Source: Eledone cirrhosa (lineage: Eukaryota). Taken from it: a stretch of DNA of 64,000 nt. The stretch spans positions 221,278,001-221,342,000 of the forward strand of contig OZ024743.1 in assembly GCA_964016885.1 (NCBI GenBank). Direction: 5' to 3'. Within the stretch, counting starts at the first letter, position 1. Each line of letters opens with the position of its first letter. Positions 55,041 through 64,000 of the stretch are shown piece by piece. The notes below the pieces were generated by a model. It saw only the letters and a program-made list of their open reading frames with translations. It did no database searches and was not told the origin of the DNA. Both the position numbers and the translations under genes were made by a program.

Positions 55041-58000
55041 CAAAACAAGTAAATAATTTATTATTGAACAAAACACAAGCTGAACGACTAAAACACACAA
55101 TAACAGTTAATATGAAAAGAACAACATACACAAAAGTTAACGAATTTTAGAGACAGAAACGCATTAACGGTAAAGAAGTCCGAAATCTCACCACACCAAA
55201 CGAGAGGGATGACTTCATGAGCGTCATTCGACGTGAAACGAAATACGCCCGAAACGAATGTAATAGGTATTTCAATAAGAAATTAGAATGGATGAATAAG
55301 AAAAAACTAGAAGAAAGAAAAACGGAATATTCCCCAAAATACCCAGATAACATCAACAATATCCGTATGACTGATGTAGAACTACCGGAAGAATTTACCA
55401 ATGACCACACAGTAAATATTTATGGGAACACTTTAATCAGTGAACAAGAACAACAAATCCTGCAGCTACCACCAAAATTTGCCATCTACAAAAAGATTAA
55501 CACTATGGAGTGCAAAACGAAGCTGGAAAAGTGTTTCACAAAAATACGTTGGAATGCAAAGGTAAACAACAACAACAACAACTATACGGAGAACAACAAC
55601 AATAATAACGGTAGTAGTAATATAAACAATAACTCTGAGTATAGAAATAACAGCTATAATAGAAATAGTCATAACAATAACAATAGCAGGAGAATGAGAA
55701 ATAGTAATAATGGTAATAGTATTAACGATAGACAGAACAACAACAACAACAATAATAATAATAATAAAAACATTAACGACAGACACAACAGCAGCGACCA
55801 CAGTAGTAATAACGGTAACAATACGAATAACAACAACAACAACCACAGTGGTAATAATAGAAATAATATATGTAGCAACATTAATGATAGACACAACAAA
55901 AACAAGAAACATAATAAAAGTAACAACCACAATGGTAGAAATAACAGTAACAACAACAATAACGGTGGAGAAAACAACAACAATACATCTAACAATCACA
56001 GCAACAATACATCTAGCAATCATAACAATAATAATAATGCTAATGATAGGAACAACAACAACCACCCTGATAACAATAATAGCAACACACACAACTATGA
56101 CGATAGATATAATGACAACCCCTTAGAGAAACTATTCTTCAACCCAACTGACAAAACATATAAGATGGGTAATATCTATCCTACGAGGTTACCCTTTAAT
56201 AAAAGGGTTTGCATACCACAACAAATAGATGACGAGACAGAGGCACAGTTCACCATAGCTAGAAATAATATTAGACAAATAGTAGACCGGCATACTAAGA
56301 GACAGAGCAGACCAGAGGTCCAACAACTTGGGAGGAAACCTGTAGAAGGTTTGGTTAGCCTCAAGCAGCGCACAAGGGATGGTGAGGTACTATGTCTACC
56401 CAGGGATAAGTCTGGTAGGATGTCAATAGACAGCATGCCGAACTACATCAAGGCTATGCAACCCCACATCACCAACACGAGCGAAATTGCACAGCAAATA
56501 CATGATGGGAGAGAGAAAATCCTCAACGCTCACATGATGATGTGGACCGACATCCTAAAGCCAAGCAGACGCACTGCCAACAACTTCCAGGCGTCCAACA
56601 ATGGCAGACCACAAGACAGTCGACGACCCGACAACAGGACCACCAACAAGACCTGTATGCGGAGCAAATATAGCTAGCAACTACAGGATCTCCTACTTCC
56701 TCTCAATGGTTATACGCCCCATAATCAAGATGTCCCCAGATGCATGTGACAGTACAGAGGACCTCCTCAGCAGAATCAGTGAGTGCAACAAAAACAGGAA
56801 CCTATCCAACTGCATAATAGGCAGTATGGATGTGGTATCACTGTACCCATCCATTAACATTGATTTTGCTGTGGAAAAATGTGTGGAGATGATCATTGAG
56901 AGTGAGGTGGAGTTCTGCGACGTCGACACAGACGAACTGGGCCTCCTACTTAGACTTACCTACGACACTGACTACCTAGACAGCCATGACCTTAGACGTT
57001 TCTGCCCCAGTAGACCCATAAGAGGTAGACCCCCCACCATAACCGCAATGGCAAAAAAGACTCCCATGGGAAGGTGGATTGGGTGGACCAAAGTTATACT
57101 GACCCCCAAAACAATGATCAGGAAAGAAAAATGGTCGCACATGCAATAGGGGCTAGTATCAAAACTACCCTAAAGGGCCACATATTCAATTTTCAACGAG
57201 ATCTACACCCAAAATGAGGGAGCAGCCATTGGCGTCAGCATAGCTGGTGACGTTGCCAACCTTTTTATGGTATGGTGGGAAAGGAGACTCAAAGATCTCC
57301 TTGATGAGAGCTCCATAGACCTCATCATGTACTCTCGTTACGTAGACGACATTTAATATAATAATAAGGACATCCCCACAAGAGAGCACTAAGACGTTTG
57401 ATTTAGAACGTGGCACAATGGAAAGCATCCAGCAGATAGCTAATTCCATACACCAGAGTATAACTGTAACTATCGACTTCCCTTCCAAACACCCTAACAA
57501 TAGACTACCTGCATTAGACACGGAACTCTGGATTAACGCTATAGACGAGAGAGCCCAAATTCTCCACTCACACTATGCTAAACCCATGGCCTCCAAATAC
57601 CTGATACTCAAAAACTCAGCAATGTCCAGTAGTGCTAAGTTTAATATTCTGATCGCAGACTTGGTACGAGTGATGAAGAACGTGTCCCGCATATGCGACC
57701 CAACAGAAATGGAAAGACGCATCCAACACTTCATCAACCGCATGCAGTTCTCTGGCTACAACCAAAGAGACAGTATCAGAGTATACGAAGGAGCCACGGA
57801 GAAGTATAGGAACCTCATAGAACTGGACATGAAAGTAATTTTCCCATTATACAGGAGCAAATCATGGAATAGCTTAGATAGGACTAGACATAAGATAGGG
57901 AAAGCCACCTCATGGTACGACAACCAGAGACACCAGAGTGTCATGTTTGTGGACGCTACCCCTGGAGGGAAATTAGCTAACCAGTGTAGAAAGGCCCTGA

Positions 58001-58488
58001 GAAAGACCCACTTAGAGGTTAAGGTGGTAGAAAAGCCAGGAACCACCATAAAATCCCTGATCAGCAAAACCTACTCTTTTAAGAAAACCCACTGTACTAA
58101 TAGCAAATGTATCATATGTAAGGTAAACCCCCGGAAAAACTATAAAACTAGAAACGTAGTCTATAGCATAAGATGTACAGAGGGTACTTGCAGAAACATG
58201 ACAACAACATACATAGGTGAGACAGCTCGTAGCATAGGTGAAAGGATAGACCAACACTGGGGGGAATTAAAAGGAAGAAAAAACGGTTCAGTACTATACG
58301 AACATGCCAGACAACAACACAACGGTAACATAGACAACATAGAAGTTAGAATAATATCTAAACATAGAAATGACCCAGCAGATAAGCAAATCAGAGAGGC
58401 CAGCGAAATAGAACTTAGAAGGCCAAGGCTAAACAGAAAAAATGAATGGAATAACAACACCATACCCAAACAAACAACACTGACCTAA
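55041..58488 (+). pseudogene. PLE polyprotein with frameshifts: N-terminal domain with Asn-rich insert, RT, thumb, Cys linker, GIY-YIG endonuclease
   Basis: LQLPPKFA, RDKSGRM, DHK...TRPVCG, SMDVVSLYPSI (motif A), EGAAIGVSIAGDVANLFM (motif B), YVDD at 57339-57350, LPALDTELW, CTNSKCIIC, NVVYSIRC...YIGETARSIGERIDQH...READE-like IREASEI, RLNRKNEW; stop at 55148; frameshifts near 56605, 57100, 57190 and 57353. Confidence 0.92.
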
Positions 58489-58754
58489 GAGAAGTATACA
58501 TAGATAGATAGATAGATAAACAAATAAATAGATAAATACATACACAAGCACAATAACAACAAACATATAAACACACACTAGTAAACTAAGATAGAATACA
58601 TTAACCAATACGCAGTCACCCAAACAAGACCACACATCAAAGAAAACACTATACGCAAACGCATGCGCAGAGAAGACAAAAAAATAAACAAATAAATAAA
58701 TAAACAGACTAAATAAAGATTGCGTAAGCATATAATGCAACGGGAGGGAACATA

Positions 58755-58810
58755 ATAGCAACACTGTCGATGTTGCAGATGTGCAACGAAAGAACTTTGA
58801 TAGACTATAT
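58755..58810 (+). ncRNA. Degenerate hammerhead in the PLE 3' region
   Basis: CTGTCGA-T-GTTGCA(GATG)TGCAAC-GAAA-GAAC-TT; A6 to U mutation; weak stem I. Confidence 0.55.
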
Positions 58811-59013
58811 ATATGTGTTTGTGTCTATATTGTATCTGTATTTTTGACCGGCGGTCAGTCAAAGGTAACATTGAGGACCGAATAAATTAAATTAACCGAT
58901 ATAAAAGATACAGAAGCAAAAACCAACCAAACAGTGAGTGTGTTCTGTTATTAATGCTGGCAATATTACACAAATATGACCCTCCCCATGTATATATATA
59001 GATATACACATAC

Positions 59014-59117
<104 letters not shown>

Positions 59118-59339
59118 ATACATGTACGTGTCTGTCTATATGTATGTATATATGTGCGTGTATGTGTATGTATGTACGTGTGCGTATGTACGAATATATG
59201 TATGTCTGGAAGTATATATGTAAGTAAGTATGTATATATATATGTATGTATGTATATGTGTGTATGTATATATTTATGCATGGACGTGTATGTGTGTATG
59301 TATGTATGTATGCATGTATGAATACATGTATATATATGA

Positions 59340-59570
59340 CTTACTGGTTATGGTGTTCGGTTCACGATTGTATAGTCGTGAGTGGAAAAATGTGTTGTAC
59401 CTGTAACTCAAATGACCAGTCTTGCTATACACTATGTCATGCAGAATCTTCCTGAGAAGTACGTTAAGGGTACACCTTTTTGTGGAATACTTAGCCTCTT
59501 ACACGTTAGGTTCACGAGTTTGCCATTCTGCCTTTGGCCTAAACTGGAACACTCGTCACATCCAATATTT
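59340..59570 (+). mobile_element. S2 SINE, internally deleted
   Basis: tRNA-like head plus GCAGAATCTTCCTGAGAAGTACGTTAAGGGTACAC...CTGGAACACTCGTC. Confidence 0.6.
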
Positions 59571-59774
59571 GTAATTAAGCTTATCAGTCCGGGTATATAT
59601 CATGTACAAATATCTTACTGATTAACGTATATATATATATCTTACTGATTAACGTATATACATACTTTGTGTAATGGATTGGGATTTATTACAAACAAAC
59701 CTTATTGTATCATTGAGTGAATAAGTGAGAGTCGGAGCTGCAACGATTCTCTTCGACTAGCTTCGTAAATCTAT

Positions 59775-60035
59775 ATATATAAACACGCCACAAAACAAAA
59801 GACAGGATGGAGTAACATATTAAGATCATAAAGAAGAGGAATCACAAAAGAAAAGATATAGTCATTGAGGAGGTCACAGAATGTGTAACGAAATAAATTT
59901 GACGGACTAACCAATTTCAGAACACTGGTGCGGGTGTTTCTTTTTATTGGCATTCCTGGCTGCACGGCCATCCCCGAATATAACAATATCGATTTCAACA
60001 CACGATTTCACATAAAGAATCTTGCAGATCAAATA
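59775..60035 (+). mobile_element. Diverged pLTR relative of the large PLE with degenerate hammerhead (59861-59903)
   Basis: GTCA-TTGAGGA-GGTCACA..TGTGTAAC-GAAA-TAAA-TT|TGAC; 3' end CCCCGAATATAACAATATCGATTTCAACACACGATTTCACAT matches 37629-37670. Confidence 0.65.
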
Positions 60036-61634
60036 TATATAGTTCAAACATTAGGAATAAATGTGTAACGCCCAGGTTTAATATGTACTAAGATCCACAC
60101 CTTTAACCCTTCGCAATCCATGAATCCAAGTCTACCTCGCTTTCATATAGAATGTGTACACAAGGAATGGATATAAGCAATATGACTTTGTAATTAGTGG
60201 ATGTTATCTGCAATCAATATCTGATGTGTGGTTTCGATTCTTACTTTGAGCTGTTAGCTTCTTATATATTTTTAACAAAATTGAATTCATTGTACGATCC
60301 ATGTCTTTTATATTGCCATATTTCTACCGAAAGGCATTTCCTGAGATTTTCAAATAATTTTGAAAATAATCAAATATTTTTACAGATTTAGTAATCTTTC
60401 ACATTATTTCACAATATATCGTTAGTAATATAACTATCTGTCTCGTTAGGGCATAATTTAAACGAAGTTTCCTACATAAAATTATGGTGGCAGGTGTTGT
60501 ATCACAAAACCAGGGTTTATATCAAAAAAGTTAGACAGTAGGCTAGAGAAGAGAGCAGTGACTGCAATGCTGAACACCAATAGAGCTCAATCTGTTCCAT
60601 GCACAAATACACACGTGTGGGTGTATGCTCGTGCGTATGTGTCTATATTGATGTATGTGTGCGCGAATGTACGCGCATGCGCATATCTGGTGTTTCTCAA
60701 TATGTTCTAACATTTTCTATTTCAAGTAAATATAAAAACAATTCCCCATCCTTCTGAAGAGTTAAGCTCAGCTGAGCTTTAAGATTCAGACGGAAAGAAA
60801 ACATTTCACTGAACGGCAGAAGATTAAATTTCTTCAACAGAAAGTATAAGAATTAATCCGCCATCGAGCAAGCAGTAACAACACAAGTAGTAACATCTTC
60901 ATGCTTTTCTTCAAATCTTGTATTGATTTGATCAAATTACTCCCTCACTATCAGTTAAATCCATTCGATCTTGCTGTGAAAAAATATAACATCTTTTTAC
61001 TTTGCTTCTATCTTTCTCCCTATCTTTTGCCTAAAACTGAAAGTAATCCCAATTTTAATGCGTTTATTTTTATAATGTGTGTTTATTAGTTTTGGGGCGA
61101 AATAATTTGCTTTTTTTTTTTAATTCATTAACCTTATTTTTTTATAATTTTGTTATAACTTTAGTTTTATTTTATGTTTCAATTTTTTTTATTTTTAAAT
61201 TTATATTATAGTTTATCTTATTTTATTTTTCACTTTATGTAATTTTTATTTTTAACTTTAGTCTTTTGGCTTTATTTTATATTTTTATCTTTCTTTTTTT
61301 GTAACTTTATTTTTATATTACATATTTTCTTTTCATATTATATATTCTATTTTTATTTTTAAACTTTATCCTATACTTTTTTTATTTGTGGTTTCTGCGT
61401 GATTTTGATTTGGATAACATTTCTTGCATATTTTAAGAATATATAATGAAAACTGCCAAATCGTGCTTGTATCATGGCGGTGACTTTTCCCTCCATTTTA
61501 ATCAATTTTTTTTCTTCTTTTCTTTTGGTATGTTATCTCCCTTTCATGTCTAATTTTTTGTCGTTAGTCCATTTGAACACACACATGTATATATATATAT
61601 ATATATACATACATACATACACGCACACACACAT

Positions 61635-61716
<82 letters not shown>

Positions 61717-61872
61717 CGAATGGGGGTTGAATTGAAGGAAAAAAATAAAGAGATTTAGTGGTGAACAACAGTTCAACATCTTAGAAGATAATTGTTTTTG
61801 TATCTGTCTTCCGGGTTTGAAATCTCGTAATAACATATGTACATAATTCCGCGGTTACACACATCTAGTTGC

Positions 61873-61961
<89 letters not shown>

Positions 61962-62003
61962 GGTGGTGGTGGTGGTGGTGGTGGTTACGGTAGTAGCAGC
62001 AGC

Positions 62004-62048
<45 letters not shown>

Positions 62049-62075
62049 TGTTGTTGTTGTTGTTGTTGTTGTAGT
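61873..62075. repeat. Compound trinucleotide microsatellite (GTA)n(GTG)n(GCA)n(GTA)n(GTT)n
   Basis: Read directly from the sequence. Confidence 0.95.
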
Positions 62076-62792
62076 ACGAGAGGAGGGGAGGGAAAACGAA
62101 GCGAAGAAAGCAAGCAGTTGCAAAAGAAGAAGAAAATAAGAATGACGGAAAGAAAAAAGAATGAAAATTAAAGACCTAAAAAAATTCTGAAGAAAAAAAT
62201 AGAAAACAAGTAAAAATAAAAAGAAAGAAAGAATAAGAGAAAAAAAATAAAATGGAAGGAAAGAGTTGAAAAAAAAATAGAAAGAAATAATAGGCTGGAG
62301 TGAATAAGGGAGAAAGAATTGAAGGAAAATAGATAAGAAAGAACATGAAAATAAAAGAAGGAAAGAATAAAGAGAAAAGAAAACGAAAGAAAGGAAGAAT
62401 AAAGAGAAAGGAAAACGAAGGAAAGGATAAAGAGAAAAGAAAAAGAAAGAATAAAAGAATAAAGATAAAAAAAAAGGAAAGAAAGAAAAGGGAGAAGGAA
62501 GAAAAAAAGAAAAAGTGGAAAAATATATAGGAATAGGAAAGAGAAAGAAAAAAGTAAAAGAGAAGAAAAGAAAGGGAGAAAAAGGGGAAGTAAAGGAGGC
62601 TGTAAGTAATGAAGGGAAAAGACGAAATAGGGAAATGTAATGGTGAGGTTTGTCTTGGAGATTAAAGAGATATTTAGAGGATGTCAGTAGAGAGGGATCT
62701 GGTGATATGACTTGTCCTAGTAACCTTGGTCAGATAGCAGATTTGGTAATGGAGCGAGAAATAGAGTTAGGACTAAGATAGAGAAGGGGGAG

Positions 62793-62962
62793 GAGAAGAA
62801 GAAGAAGAAGAAGAAGAAGAAGAAGAAGAAGAAGAAGAAGAAGAAGAAGAAGAAGAAGAAGAAGAAGAAGAAGAAGAAGAAGATGACGACGATGATGATG
62901 ATGATGATGATGTTGATGATGATGATGATGATGATCATCATCATCATCATCATCATCATCAT
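62793..62962. repeat. (GAA)n followed by a self-complementary (GAT)n(CAT)n tract
   Basis: Read directly from the sequence; symmetry axis at GATC near 62934. Confidence 0.95.
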
Positions 62963-63079
62963 ATAAACCGTCAGGTGGAAATATTAAGTCGATTTTACTG
63001 AAAATTCAACACATAAAGAGACAAGATTAGATACGAAATGGCTTTTAACCTGGCAACCCACTGCTTCTCTATTAAAGGC

Positions 63080-63580
63080 CCGTAGCTTAGTGGTAAAAGT
63101 GTTTGGTTCACAACCGTAAGATCTAGAGTTCAATTCCAAGTGGACTGATGTATCCTTGACTAATAAACCTCATAACATGTTGCTCTAGTTCAATCAGATG
63201 GAAAATATATGCTGCCTATGTCATTCAAATGATCAGCCTTGTCCCACACTGTGTCCAACTAAATCTCCCTGAAGGCTCAGTCAGTTATACGTTCGCTTCG
63301 CGAATAGGATGTTCTGTTGATGAAACAACCAAAATACGTGTTGTCAGTAGCGACAGAGGTGAAACAACATCAACAATAACAAGAACTGCTTCTCTGCATA
63401 TTTCGCCACCAACATCCTACTACATAACATTAACTATTTAAGGCGGCAAGGTGGCAGAGTTGTTAACACGGTTTGCGGCACTTATTCCTGCTCTTTGAAC
63501 TCAAAAGCCATCAAGGTCAACTTTGCATTTCCTCTTTACAAGGTCCAGAAATAAGGTGCATTACGGTGATTGATTCTTAT

Positions 63581-63582
<2 letters not shown>
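63080..63582 (+). mobile_element. S2 SINE (63080-63355) followed by a diverged S1 SINE (63440-63582)
   Basis: CGTAGCTTAGTGGTAA A-box and GAGTTCAATTCC B-box; second element GGCGGCAAGGTGGCAGAG...GGTCAACTTTGCATTTC. Confidence 0.6.
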
Positions 63583-63661
<79 letters not shown>

Positions 63662-64000
63662 TCTCTCTCTCACTTGGTACCAAATCAGTTGTGTCCAGAC
63701 AAGGAGAGGGACAGACTCTACCAGGTTTAAGATTACCAAGTATGCATTAAGGAAACCCGCTTGACTCCACAAAGAGATATCATGGATGTATTTACTCCAG
63801 TAGAATGTGAAGTAGTGCTCTTCGCGGTGACTGTTGTTAATGTCAAACATGAACCCAGCTAATATCTTCAAGGTAACGTAAAATAGGATAGTGATCGGTG
63901 ATGAGAAGAGTATTGTTTTTGTTATGGTTGTCTGTAATTATGGGAAAGAGAGAAAGAAAAAGAGTAGCTATGGAAGAGATACCTAGAAGGCTTGACCCAC

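Larger units (their letters stand above)
54939..58992 (+). mobile_element. Penelope-like retroelement (RT + GIY-YIG), 5'-truncated, with inverted partial pLTR at the 5' end, inserted in (TA)n
   Basis: Inverted termini TATACTTGGGGAGGGTCATATTTGTGTTATATTGCCAGAATTAATAACA (54989-55037) versus TGTTATTAATGCTGGCAATATTACACAAATATGACCCTCCCCATGTATA (58946-58994); RT and GIY-YIG motifs inside. Confidence 0.92.

Noticed and set aside
55466-56126. Hydrophobic antisense and alternative-frame ORFs (V/I/L-rich, T-rich)
   Set aside because: They are shadows of the (AAC/AAT)n Asn-rich insert.
61090-62630. T-rich and A/G-rich blocks as an inverted repeat or Lys/Glu-rich exon
   Set aside because: The match is low-complexity compositional complementarity only, with frequent stops.

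Overview
This is AT-rich, microsatellite-saturated eukaryotic non-coding DNA. The repeat content and SINE style suggest an octopus or other coleoid cephalopod, which is an inference. I can support no host protein-coding gene; almost all listed ORFs are translations of (TA)n/(CA)n/(GA)n tracts. The main feature is a dense Penelope-like retroelement (PLE) and hammerhead-ribozyme (HHR) system associated with (TA)n. It includes one ~4-kb frameshifted PLE with RT + GIY-YIG, an Asn-rich insert and inverted termini (54939-58992), and several older PLE relics. It also includes about 10 minimal type-I HHR motifs with palindromic stem III, four with an intact core (24318-24400 -, 25932-25990 +, 50238-50308 -, 50741-50880 +). 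Several families of short fold-back insertions sit in (TA)n, with the axis in the HHR stem II and arms that co-vary within each copy, and several host palindromes are centred on (TA)n. Also present are tRNA-derived SINEs, RLE (R4/Dong-like), CR1/L2 and RTE LINE pieces (one with a possible HDV-like ribozyme), mariner, hAT and TTAA MITEs, and a probable mini-Helitron. Two minisatellites complete the picture: a 76-bp unit with 456/900-bp higher-order structure and a 32-bp G-rich unit. All calls are by eye and boundaries are approximate.
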